DNA of 64,000 nt from Parcubacteria group bacterium M6-OD1-1 (GTDB taxonomy: Bacteria > Patescibacteriota > Minisyncoccia > GWC2-36-17 > M10-OD1-4). This document shows positions 1 through 8,317 of this stretch, in pieces. A program made the position numbers and the translations under genes. Within the stretch, counting starts at the first letter, position 1. The number at the start of each line of letters is the position of its first letter. Under the pieces are notes generated by a model. The model saw only the letters and a list, made by a program, of their open reading frames with translations, had not been told where the DNA came from and searched no databases. The stretch is from contig LSNK01000001.1 in assembly GCA_003056085.1 (NCBI GenBank), positions 8,481 through 72,480 of the forward strand, in the 5' to 3' direction.

Positions 1-320
1 ATCAATATAATTTTCTAGATTTTTGCTAATGTTGTTTGGGTCGTCCAAAAGTTTTTCAAAAGTAAAAAATGAAGTATTATAAAAATCATATCCGGATTTT
101 GATTTCAAAATATCCAAGCTCAAACCCTTTCCTGCCAAGTCATTGTACATCCCAATCACATCAGCCTTTGTTGGTTCCAGCACAGTATCAAGTCTTTTCA
201 GTACCAAAAAAGGCAAGATAACATCTTGATATTCATATGACTTCCAGCCTCCGCGAAGCAAATTTGCAATCGCTTTTGAAGTACTTACTATTTTTTTAAA
301 TTCTTGATTGTTCATAATAA
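1..320 (-). CDS. N6-adenine DNA methyltransferase, N-terminal part (type I HsdM-like); 3' portion lies left of the window
   Basis: Minus-strand translation from ATG at 318-320 gives MNNQEFKKIVSTSKAIANLLRGGWKSYEYQDVILPFLVLKRLDTVLEP...; the FLVLKRLD segment and layout resemble the HsdM N-terminal domain. Frame stays open to the window edge. Confidence 0.55.
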
Positions 321-515
321 TTATTTTATTAAATCATCAACACTCATTTCAAGCGCTTTGGATACTTTTTGCAAAGTATCAAGTGTAGGATTTTGATTCG
401 CGCCGTTTTCTATCTTTACAATGGTATTGAGAGACAAATCAGCAAGACGAGCGACCCTTTCGAGAGAGTAGCCTTTTTCGGCACGTATCTTTTTTAAATT
501 ATTCGCTATGCTCAT
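321..515 (-). CDS. XRE-family helix-turn-helix transcriptional regulator (candidate R-M controller protein)
   Basis: 64 aa with a classic HTH_3 pattern (EKGYSLERVARLADLSLNTIVKIENG). It abuts the start of the methylase gene, as C proteins of R-M systems do. Confidence 0.8.
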   Translation of the reverse strand: MSIANNLKKIRAEKGYSLERVARLADLSLNTIVKIENGANQNPTLDTLQKVSKALEMSVDDLIK

Positions 516-640
516 AGTGATATTGTATAATTTAGTATATAGAATATAATATAAAGTATGAAAGCTTTACATCTTAATCATAACGGATTTCTTGAATTTT
601 GCAAAGGTTATGACGAAAGCAAAACCATAAAATTTCACCA

Positions 641-742
641 AAGGCACTGCGTTTTGTTGCTAAATTAAAAATTTAGACAAAACGGGAGGCTAAAGCACTG
701 CATTTTGTTGCTAAATTAAAAATTTAGACAAAACGGGAGCCT
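641..742. repeat. Tandem direct repeat (2 x ~48 nt), each unit a hairpin (GTTTTGT..CTAAATT AAA AATTTAG ACAAAAC) followed by CGGGAG
   Basis: Two near-identical units are visible at 641-690 and 689-742. They sit between the XRE gene start and the GC-rich region. Confidence 0.6.
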
Positions 743-784
743 TCCAATCTTTCGCGGCTCCCTCCTGCGTCCCCCGTTTTTTTA
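733..784 (+). terminator. Terminator/attenuator-like stem (GGGAGCC..GGCTCCC inside AAAACGGG..CCCCCGTTTTTTT)
   Basis: Nested inverted repeats followed by a T-run on the plus strand. Confidence 0.35.
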
Positions 785-794
785 AGGATAAGGA

Positions 795-1100
795 AATTTT
801 GGTTTTGCGCGGAGCGGAGGACGAATGGAGGCAAGCGGAGTGTGTGCGCTTGCGCGCACACGGAGTTTGCCGAAGTAAGGACGGAGCGACCCCCGAGGCA
901 CGGTGGAGTTGGCATTATCACGCGCTCCGAGCGTGAGATTAGGTTCAGAGCTACCACGCCGCGTGGCGCGTGCGAGTTATTAATCGCTCTGCGATTGTTG
1001 TTCAAAAAAGGTTCGAGCAAAGGATACAATCTCAATCAGGTGACTGTGTTACGTGGGGAGTTGGCGGTTGCGACGATGACTAATAACAGTTTACGACATC
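795..1100 (+). ncRNA. Candidate structured RNA of unknown class (GC-rich island in an AT-rich genome; strand uncertain)
   Basis: About 58% GC over ~300 nt, with many local hairpins (GTGTGCGCTTGCGCGCACAC; CGCGCTCCGAGCG; CCACGCCGCGTGG). It ends at a strong intrinsic terminator. The overlapping ORFs (842-1105 +, 724-1035 -) are Arg/Gly-rich and look like GC artefacts. Confidence 0.35.
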
Positions 1101-1105
1101 AATAA

Positions 1106-1139
1106 AAAGCTCTGTTTTATATAATCAGAGCTTTTTTCT
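1106..1139. terminator. Bidirectional rho-independent terminator (AGCTCTG..CAGAGCT + T-run, A-run on the other side)
   Basis: Perfect 7-bp stem flanked by A- and T-runs. It serves the plus-strand GC-rich RNA and the minus-strand gene ending at 1125. Confidence 0.8.
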
Positions 1140-1979
1140 TTTTAAAAATTCTTTCAGTACTGATTCTTGACACACTACATGATTTTTACCAAATACGGAG
1201 AAAATATTCTTTCCCTCTTCAAAAAGCTTAATTTTAGCTAATGCAATATAAGCATCCCTTGCACTATTAAAAGCAGCTCCAATTTCATTAATAATAGTTT
1301 TTTTAATAAAAGGATTTTGAATATCTTCTATTTCTTTTATATTCCATTCTTGATTAAGTAATTCATTCTTATTCCCAAAAACAAATCCATTTCCAAATAT
1401 TTCATTAAGTTTATTTTGAAAATACAATAAATATTCATCAAATGATTTTTTTATACCAATGCTGTCCCCAATATCTTTAATTTGATTAATAATATTATCA
1501 GCATTATTAACTATATTTGTTTTTTGTGATTTTAATGCATATAATAACATATTCAGAAAAATCCATAATAAAATATCCTCTTTTTTAAAATTCCATTTTT
1601 CTATAACAAAATTCATTACTTCATTAGGTGATGGTTCTGGACATATACTTTTCACATCATACTTATTTGAAAGCCATACAAGAAATCCAGATTCTCCGTA
1701 TTTTTTAATCATATTTTTTTTGGACTCAATCTCTGGTTTAAAATTTTCTATTAGAACAACTGTGTATTCTTTACCTTTCTTTATAAAATCCTTAAATAAC
1801 GATTCAATGACCACATAATTATTATGTAGTGGATCTATTGAATGCTCAACTCCAATACACAATATTTCTCCGTCTTCATTATTTAATTTAATAACATATG
1901 GAGTTTCATAATCATCAGAATTATATTCCTGTAAAGATACAATAGAATCGAATATTGGATCATTAATATTTATTTTCAT
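1125..1979 (-). CDS. Hypothetical protein (284 aa)
   Basis: Long AT-rich ORF with a terminator; no motif recognised. Confidence 0.6.
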   Translation of the reverse strand: MKININDPIFDSIVSLQEYNSDDYETPYVIKLNNEDGEILCIGVEHSIDPLHNNYVVIESLFKDFIKKGKEYTVVLIENFKPEIESKKNMIKKYGESGFLVWLSNKYDVKSICPEPSPNEVMNFVIEKWNFKKEDILLWIFLNMLLYALKSQKTNIVNNADNIINQIKDIGDSIGIKKSFDEYLLYFQNKLNEIFGNGFVFGNKNELLNQEWNIKEIEDIQNPFIKKTIINEIGAAFNSARDAYIALAKIKLFEEGKNIFSVFGKNHVVCQESVLKEFLKRKKL

Positions 1980-2235
1980 AATATTGGATAATATAATAAA
2001 ATTATTTATATATTATATCATAAATCACACAATCCCTCCGCATTGTGTCGGAATCTGTCTTTTGACGAATTTTTGTTTCGTAACGCGCCTGCGGCGCGGT
2101 CGCGCTTCGCGCGAAAGGGGCTGATTCTGCAACGATTTGCCACGCTTTGCGTGGCAAAAAAGAAATGTTTTGGTTTTGGATTTGGAAGTTCGAACCAATC
2201 TTTTTTAGAAAATCCCGAAAGGATTCGGGATTTTC

Positions 2236-2640
2236 TTGCAAAGCGATAATTTTAATAATATTTTGACTTTTAGAAATATGGAAAAAGAAAATCAAGCCAA
2301 AAAGTTTTTTATCTACGCTCGCAAGTCAACGGACAACGAGGATAGACAAGTTCGGAGTATTGGCGACCAAATTGCTGAATTGCGGGAATTGGCGGAAAAA
2401 GAAAATTTGGAAGTTGTTGACTTGCTTGTTGAAAAACAAACCGCCAAGAGTCCGGAGCGTCCTGTTTTCGCCGAGATGTTGAATCGGATAGAAGCGGGCG
2501 AAGCGTCGGGAATTTTAGCATGGCACCCCGACAGATTAGCTCGCAATTCCGTTGATGGCGGACAAATTATTTATCTTGTTGATACTGGTGTTATTCGCGA
2601 GCTAAAATTCCCAACTTTTGGTATTATTGTGAAGGTTTTT
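2236..2640 (+). pseudogene. Serine recombinase/resolvase, N-terminal catalytic-domain fragment (truncated)
   Basis: FFIYARKSTDNEDRQVRSIGDQ...GILAWHPDRLARN matches the serine recombinase catalytic motifs (YxRxSt, DRLxRN). Homology stops after ~125 aa, and the frame then runs antisense through the neighbouring hydrolase gene. Confidence 0.7.
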
Positions 2641-3203
2641 GGCTCATCGGCATTATTAAAAATTCTTTTTACATCATCGGGAGTAATAAGTGTATCTTGT
2701 TCACCAGCAAATAAAACAATCGAGGCTGTTATTTTTGCAACATCTTCAACAACATTGTATTGTGTTCTGTCCTCTACATGCGAGAAAGGTACACGAAACT
2801 CTCGTTTTTTATCTCTGTTGCTTGGCAAATCGCGAGTAGATACACTCACGCCAATTTCTTTCCATTCTCTTTCTCTCTTTGGTGTCATTGATTCGTCCGA
2901 TGATGGCATAATGCCAAGCACTTTTGAAATTCGGTTATCACGCGCTGCATACAAAAGCGAAACCATGCCACCACGACTATGTCCGCCAAGCAAAATGTCT
3001 GTATATTCGCTTTGGGTTAGCGTATATTCAAGTACACTTTTTATATCGGAAAGATATTGCGTAATTGTATAATCAGTAATATCGCCATCACTATCCAAAA
3101 CGCCAGTTGGATCAAAGCGCACCGAAGTATATCCATGCTTAGTTAATTCATTTGCTAGTTCCGCCAATCCGACATAGTCTTTTGAGTCCAAAAGCCCGGA
3201 CAA
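2571..3203 (-). CDS. Alpha/beta-fold hydrolase (GHSRGG nucleophile elbow); the N-terminal 32 codons sit in another frame up to the ATG at 3296-3298 (frameshift in a T4 run, plus-strand A-run at 3190-3193)
   Basis: The ORF as given starts at TTG. The upstream frame reads MNITKDFIKGTKGNLSVAIHYPETKTEKLAILCPGF and joins LDSKDYVGLAELANELTKHGY if one T is added; LAILCPGFLDSKD is the typical HGF oxyanion segment. Confidence 0.75.
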   Translation of the reverse strand: MSGLLDSKDYVGLAELANELTKHGYTSVRFDPTGVLDSDGDITDYTITQYLSDIKSVLEYTLTQSEYTDILLGGHSRGGMVSLLYAARDNRISKVLGIMPSSDESMTPKREREWKEIGVSVSTRDLPSNRDKKREFRVPFSHVEDRTQYNVVEDVAKITASIVLFAGEQDTLITPDDVKRIFNNADEPKTFTIIPKVGNFSSRITPVSTR

Positions 3204-3309
3204 AGTATCGCCAGTTTTTCCGTTTTTGTTTCTGGGTAATGTATCGCAACAGAAAGATTGCCTTTTGTTCCTTTTATAAAATCTTTTGTGATGTTCATAT
3301 TGAAATTGT

Positions 3310-3909
3310 TTACTTTGTAATTTGCTCTATCAACTCTGGAAGCTCTTCAACTTGGAAGTGTCCGCTATCCTCAAAAATGTGCTTTTGTGCTCTTAACAAC
3401 TCTTCCGCGTATGCCTCAAAATCTCCGAAGTCAACAACATCGTCATCTTTTGAATGATACAAGTGTATTTCCGAAACTTGCTTTTCTATATTTTCAAGTG
3501 TGCCCGTCAATACAAAACTTGAACGCTTGATACAACTCCTATCGCCAAACGGAGCGGCGAGCAAATGCAACGACTTTATTTTTCTCAGGTATGTATTCTC
3601 TGCAAGATACTTTACAAGAAATACACCACCGAGAGAGATGCCAACAAGAACAACATCATCGTCAATATACTGCGTATATTTCTCAAACCAAATCTTCCAC
3701 TCGTTATATTTTGCATTCCAAGCACACGGCATTTGCGGTTTTATAAGTTGGTAATTTTCACCGAGATCTTCTTCAAGAGATTGACTCCATTTTTTAGGTG
3801 GCTCGTCATTCGGGTCACTTGGTTCAGTAGACTTAAGAAAATCCAAATATGCCTCGTTATTTTCCCAAGACTCACCACCGTGTATTAAAATTACTTGTTG
3901 TTTTTTCAT
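3310..3909 (-). CDS. Alpha/beta hydrolase, YdeN/RBBP9-like serine hydrolase family
   Basis: VILIHGG...W...VLVGISLGG pattern. Confidence 0.75.
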   Translation of the reverse strand: MKKQQVILIHGGESWENNEAYLDFLKSTEPSDPNDEPPKKWSQSLEEDLGENYQLIKPQMPCAWNAKYNEWKIWFEKYTQYIDDDVVLVGISLGGVFLVKYLAENTYLRKIKSLHLLAAPFGDRSCIKRSSFVLTGTLENIEKQVSEIHLYHSKDDDVVDFGDFEAYAEELLRAQKHIFEDSGHFQVEELPELIEQITK

Positions 3910-3913
3910 ATTT

Positions 3914-4123
3914 TTATTTCGTTAAATCTCCAACACTAACTCCAAGCGCACTCGCAACCTTTTCCATTGTGCTAATTGTAAGATTTTGTTTACCATTCTC
4001 AACATTACTGATATATGCTCTATCTAAATCTAACGCTCGGCAAATGTCGCCTTGCGACATTCCTTTTTCTAAGCGTATCTTTTTCATATTGTCTCCAAAT
4101 TTTTTTGCTGTATTTTGACTCAT
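3914..4123 (-). CDS. XRE-family HTH transcriptional regulator
   Basis: MKKIRLEKGMSQGDICRALDLDRAYISNVENGKQN is an HTH_3 motif. Confidence 0.85.
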   Translation of the reverse strand: MSQNTAKKFGDNMKKIRLEKGMSQGDICRALDLDRAYISNVENGKQNLTISTMEKVASALGVSVGDLTK

Positions 4124-4198
4124 GTTTTATCTAAAAGTTATCAACTTTGGTATTTTAACATACCATTATGTTATCACTCAATAGTAAGTTTCAATGTG

Positions 4199-4288
4199 CG
4201 GAGGGAACAGGATTTGAACCTGCGGTAGGCGTAAACCTACACATCCTTTCCAAGGATGCGCCTTAAACCACTCAGCCATCCCTCCAAA
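4199..4288 (-). tRNA. tRNA-Ser (anticodon GGA), long variable arm
   Basis: Reverse complement GGAGGGATGGCTGAGTGGTTTAAGGCGCATCCTTGGAAAGGATG...GGTTCAAATCCTGTTCCCTCCG folds as a class II tRNA with a 7-bp acceptor stem. Confidence 0.9.
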
Positions 4289-4331
4289 TTTGAAATTAAT
4301 TTTTATTTCGTCCTTGGAGAAAATCTTACTA

Positions 4332-4946
4332 TCATACGGACTTATATGTCAACATCTGCACAAACGCAAAAGCAACGGCGATGTAAAGAATATATTGAGC
4401 GGTTACAAGAAGCATTGAAATTGGAAATATCATATAAATAAACAAAATGCTAACACCTACAGATTGAAAAATCATTTTTACTTTTCCGAATTTTTCTGAC
4501 TGAACCGTAACACCTTGATATCTTTTTTTGTAATAAGCTCCTAAAACTATAATCAACTCTATAAGTATTATAGCAAACGCCAACCAAATGCTTAAAAACT
4601 TTGGTATTAAAACAACTGCCGTTGTTCCTATTAAAAGCTTATCTGCCAATGGATCAAAAAGTTTACCCCAATTTGTCACTTTATTTTGCGTCCTTGCCAA
4701 AGCCCCGTCCAACGCATCTGAAAATGCAGATACAATAAACAAAATAACGCCCAAAATATATTCCTCTCCGACTAAAAGCAGTAAAACAAAAGGAATAGAT
4801 AAAAAACGAAATATAGTAAGATGATTTGGAGTAACCCAAGACGGCAAAAATCTCAAAAAGACAAAAGCTAAAAATTTATCTGACTTTGTAACCTTTTTGG
4901 CTTTTTGATATGTGTAGTCTTCTCCTGTTGTGTTTTCTAAAAACAT
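4332..4946 (-). CDS. pgsA: CDP-alcohol phosphatidyltransferase (phosphatidylglycerophosphate synthase-like)
   Basis: DALDGALAR...G...DPLADK motif; multiple TM segments. Confidence 0.8.
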   Translation of the reverse strand: MFLENTTGEDYTYQKAKKVTKSDKFLAFVFLRFLPSWVTPNHLTIFRFLSIPFVLLLLVGEEYILGVILFIVSAFSDALDGALARTQNKVTNWGKLFDPLADKLLIGTTAVVLIPKFLSIWLAFAIILIELIIVLGAYYKKRYQGVTVQSEKFGKVKMIFQSVGVSILFIYMIFPISMLLVTAQYILYIAVAFAFVQMLTYKSV

Positions 4947-4996
4947 GTTTTGTTAGATTATAAATTATAGGTGTTAGGTTATAGGAAATATTATTT

Positions 4997-5908
4997 CTAT
5001 CTATCCATATCTTGTAAAGCCTTGATGCGTTCTTCCATAGGAGGGTGCGTCATAAAAAGCTTTCCCAACTTTGCTTTAAACCCCTTTTCGCGAAATGGAT
5101 TTGAAATATACATATGCGCTGTTGCGTGACTTGCTTTTTTCATCTCTCCCGGATAACTTGAGATTTTTTTAAGCGCGCTTGCAAGTCCGTCCGGATAACG
5201 CGTCATTAAAGCCCCTGACGCATCTGCTAAAAATTCTCTTTTTCTTGATATTGCAAGGTGAATCAAACTTGCGGCAATCGGCGCAAGTATAGCCATAACA
5301 ATACCCGCAACAAGAAGTATTAACTGAAGTTTTCCGTCTCCTCCGTTGTTGTTTCTTCTGCCTCCTCCAAACCAAAATGTATAACGCAAAAACATATCGG
5401 ATAAAATAGCGATAAACCCAACCAAAACGACAGAAATTGTTGAAACTAATATGTCTCTGTTTTTAACATGAGAAAGCTCATGAGCCAAAACTCCTTCAAG
5501 CTCTGACTTTTCAAGCCTTTCTAACAACCCTGAGGTCACGGCAACAGCCGCGTGTTCTGGGTCGCGTCCGGTTGCAAACGCATTTGGCGCAGGGTCGTTT
5601 ATCACATAAAGTTTTGGCATCGGAAGACCTGTTGCTATCGTTAAATTTTCAACAAGATTATACAATTCTCTGTGTGTTTTTGCATCAACTTGTTTTGCTC
5701 CTGACATTTTTATAACTATTTTGTCGGAGTTCCAATAAGAAAAAATATTCATAGCCAATGCAAAAACCACTGCAATATATAAAATAGAGGGGTTTCCCAA
5801 AATCTGCGCAAAAACCCAACCAACTAAAATAACAAAAACGAAAAACAGACTCATAATGAGCCAAGTTTTTCTCATATTCAATGATTCATAGTTATATGCT
5901 GTTGCCAT
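4997..5908 (-). CDS. htpX: Zinc metalloprotease HtpX (M48)
   Basis: HELSHVKNRD HEXXH motif; TM helices; full-length similarity. Confidence 0.9.
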   Translation of the reverse strand: MATAYNYESLNMRKTWLIMSLFFVFVILVGWVFAQILGNPSILYIAVVFALAMNIFSYWNSDKIVIKMSGAKQVDAKTHRELYNLVENLTIATGLPMPKLYVINDPAPNAFATGRDPEHAAVAVTSGLLERLEKSELEGVLAHELSHVKNRDILVSTISVVLVGFIAILSDMFLRYTFWFGGGRRNNNGGDGKLQLILLVAGIVMAILAPIAASLIHLAISRKREFLADASGALMTRYPDGLASALKKISSYPGEMKKASHATAHMYISNPFREKGFKAKLGKLFMTHPPMEERIKALQDMDR

Positions 5909-5943
5909 TTTGTTAGATTATAGGTGTTAGGTTATATGAAATT

Positions 5944-6204
5944 TTAATGCTTACTGTTCTTGTAATACAAAGACAGAAACAAAACAAGCCAAGAACCGAC
6001 TACACCAACAACAAAACTTATAACGATAGGAAAATTGCCGGTCAAAACACCGTAAACGGTCCAAGTTGCCGTGCCCGCAGAAAATATAATATAAGAAATT
6101 ATAGAAATATTTTCTGATGATTTAAGTTTATAAATTTTATAAGCTTGCGGATAATAAGCAAAGGACATCGCGACTCCCATGATAGTTGTTAGTAGTTCCA
6201 GCAT
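5944..6204 (-). CDS. SemiSWEET/PQ-loop sugar transporter (86 aa, 3 TM)
   Basis: YYPQAYKIYK PQ-loop motif; size and topology match bacterial SemiSWEET. Confidence 0.75.
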   Translation of the reverse strand: MLELLTTIMGVAMSFAYYPQAYKIYKLKSSENISIISYIIFSAGTATWTVYGVLTGNFPIVISFVVGVVGSWLVLFLSLYYKNSKH

Positions 6205-6318
6205 TGTTTATTTTTTGTTATTACGATTAACCGCTTCTTGGAGTTTTAGCAAGCATACCAACTTCAGACAGAAAGTTAGCTATATTTTTTCTATCATCTT
6301 CCATAATGAAAAGGTATT

Positions 6319-6945
6319 TTAGAAATTAACTTTAACCGGCTCTTTGGCAGCCTCTTCTTCCAGTTCAAAAAACTCTTCTTCTTTAAAGTTAAATATTCCC
6401 GCTATTAAGTTTTGAGGAAACATCTGCACGGCATTGTTCATCTCTTTTACATTTGAGTTGTAAAATCTTCTTGATGCTTGTATTTTATTTTCCGTATCTG
6501 TTAACTCCCTCTGAAGCTCCAAGAAATTCTCATTTGCCTTCAAGTCAGGATAATTCTCAGAAACTGCAAATAAACTTTTTAAAGCTCCTGTAAGCATATT
6601 TTCCGCTTCTTGTTTTTCTCCTACATTTTGTGCACCCATCGCCTTTGTTCTTGCTTCTGTAACAGCTTCCAAAACTCCTTTTTCGTGTGCAACATACCCT
6701 TTTACAGACTCTATTAAGTTCGGGATTAAGTCGTACCTTCTTTTTAACTGAACATCTATGTCAGACCACGCATCTCTTACATTGTTTTTTAGCCTAACGA
6801 ACGCATTATACATCGCAACGAGCCATAAAACGATTACAACTGCAATAGCAATGCCATTTATTTTCCAATCAATAATATCAAAAAGACCGCTTACAACAAG
6901 CGCCACAACGATTAATCCAAAAATAAAATTCCAAAAATTATTCAT
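6319..6945 (-). CDS. lemA: LemA family protein
   Basis: N-terminal TM helix, then YNAFVRLKNNVRDAWSDIDVQLKRRYDLIPNL..., the hallmark LemA pattern. Confidence 0.85.
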   Translation of the reverse strand: MNNFWNFIFGLIVVALVVSGLFDIIDWKINGIAIAVVIVLWLVAMYNAFVRLKNNVRDAWSDIDVQLKRRYDLIPNLIESVKGYVAHEKGVLEAVTEARTKAMGAQNVGEKQEAENMLTGALKSLFAVSENYPDLKANENFLELQRELTDTENKIQASRRFYNSNVKEMNNAVQMFPQNLIAGIFNFKEEEFFELEEEAAKEPVKVNF

Positions 6946-7089
6946 AAATTTTAATAAAAAAAATAATTAATTACTTTAATACATAATATCAAAACATCTG
7001 TAAAATATCAAACCAAAAACTATATTATAAATTAAAAAAATACTGTATTATATAATTAATTAGTACATTGCCAATTAGGAGAATATCTA

Positions 7090-7404
7090 ATGTCTATTGC
7101 ATACAGTAATTTTTATGTTTATTTTAAAAAACAATTTGGTGAAAAAAATATAATTATTATGCTGAAAAAATTTATAAGATATTTTTTCAAATATAATAAT
7201 CCGGAATTAATAATGTTTAGCGCCATTAAAGACAAGGAAGATTTAGGATATGAAATCATTATAACAACGAGACAAGTGCCTTCTTTAAAAATACGCAAAA
7301 CTTTTATGAGATTTTGCAGAGAAAATGGTTATCTCAAAAAGGATAAGATAATTAAAATTTCAAAAATCAAACACAAAGTAATAACAAAGAAAAGTCTTCT
7401 TTGA
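7090..7404 (+). CDS. Hypothetical Lys-rich small protein
   Basis: AGGAG RBS 8 nt upstream of the ATG; followed by a terminator hairpin. Confidence 0.5.
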   Translation: MSIAYSNFYVYFKKQFGEKNIIIMLKKFIRYFFKYNNPELIMFSAIKDKEDLGYEIIITTRQVPSLKIRKTFMRFCRENGYLKKDKIIKISKIKHKVITKKSLL

Positions 7405-7407
7405 AAA

Positions 7408-7446
7408 TTCCCCAATTATTATTATAATTAGGGGATTTTATTTTCC
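7408..7446. terminator. Bidirectional terminator (CCCCAATTATTATTATAATTAGGGG)
   Basis: Near-perfect palindrome between convergent genes. Confidence 0.6.
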
Positions 7447-7767
7447 CTTGCTCTTAAATATTATCACATTTAAATGATAAATTTTATTTTTTTCTATTTT
7501 AAGCTTTATCTCCATAAGCGAAGACCCTTCCGGGGCAGGCAATGTTTCCGCATTTCCGGTTTCCGGATTAAACAAAGCATAGTGAGTTACACACTTTAAC
7601 TTGCAATTTTCCATAGTTAGAGAACCCCCCGCATGAGTACAATAGTCAATAAAGGCATGAAAGTTGCCTTTTGTGTTTACTAAAATAGCGTCTCTGCCTT
7701 TGTATTTAAATTTTTTCAGCTCACCATCTTTTATATCTGATGTTTTTGCAATAAAAAACTGATTCAT
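7438..7767 (-). CDS. Rieske [2Fe-2S] domain protein
   Basis: CTH...(16)...CVTH is the Rieske ligand pattern. Confidence 0.8.
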   Translation of the reverse strand: MNQFFIAKTSDIKDGELKKFKYKGRDAILVNTKGNFHAFIDYCTHAGGSLTMENCKLKCVTHYALFNPETGNAETLPAPEGSSLMEIKLKIEKNKIYHLNVIIFKSKGK

Positions 7768-7819
7768 TTTTTTAGAATTTAGAGAATATAGAAGTTAGAA
7801 TTGTTAAGTAAAGTTTTAA

Positions 7820-7990
7820 GGTTTCTAAAATTGAGGTCATGTCTCCGCTAAGACTATGGCAAGCAGTATAAAATTTGTTTGAGTTGAGTGCGATTTGAGG
7901 AAGAAATAAGAAGTGAAACAAGCTGTACTAAAGGTACAGCGAGTAAGCTTCGCAACTTCTGACGAAAAAGCGTGCCAATTCAAATAAATT
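7820..7990 (+). repeat. Dispersed structured repeat, copy A (core 7897-7986)
   Basis: Shares ...GAGG.AAA..AAGTGAAA..[hairpin GCTGTAC-TAAAG-GTACAGC]..GAGTAAGC...GACGAAAAAGCGTGCCAATT with copies B-F. It abuts the stop codon of the ferredoxin gene. Confidence 0.7.
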
Positions 7991-8257
7991 TTATGGGAAG
8001 ATTATGTTTCCGTCTTCATCTTCTAATATAATAGCTTTAGTCGGGCAAGATTGCGCCGCAAGCAAAATAGTTTCATCGTCCAAATTTGTTTGGAGTTCTT
8101 TTTTTTCTGTTTCTTCAGATCTTTTCTTCCCGTTTTTTAATAAGATAACCGCTTTATTCTCATCGTCAAGCTCAAAAACTTCAGGAGCCACGACAACACA
8201 AGATGCCGCCCCTATACACAAATCTCTGTCCACTATAATTTTTTTTATTTTTTTCAT
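7991..8257 (-). CDS. Ferredoxin (single [4Fe-4S] cluster type)
   Basis: CIGAASC...AAQSCP resembles archaeal/Thermotoga-type mono-cluster ferredoxins. Confidence 0.7.
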   Translation of the reverse strand: MKKIKKIIVDRDLCIGAASCVVVAPEVFELDDENKAVILLKNGKKRSEETEKKELQTNLDDETILLAAQSCPTKAIILEDEDGNIIFP

Positions 8258-8317
8258 ATTATTTTTTAATTCTTAAGATATTAAACCTCAAACTCTTCTC
8301 CGTTTTTTAAAGCAATC

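Noticed and set aside
641-742. CRISPR array.
   Set aside because: Only two directly abutting repeat units with no spacers; no cas genes in the window.
724-1105. ORFs 842-1105 (+) and 724-1035 (-) as protein-coding genes.
   Set aside because: They are Arg/Gly/Ala-rich, overlap on both strands, have no RBS, and lie in a GC-rich hairpin-dense region. They behave like GC-induced open frames over a structured RNA or noncoding island.
2118-2130. A 13-nt exact match to the 5' end of E. coli tmRNA (GGGGCTGATTCTG) next to the recombinase fragment.
   Set aside because: The conserved tmRNA continuation GGAUUCGAC is absent. No tag reading frame or T-arm/CCA 3' end follows. No partner acceptor strand is present. 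It may be coincidence or a tiny relic, and it is not a tmRNA gene.
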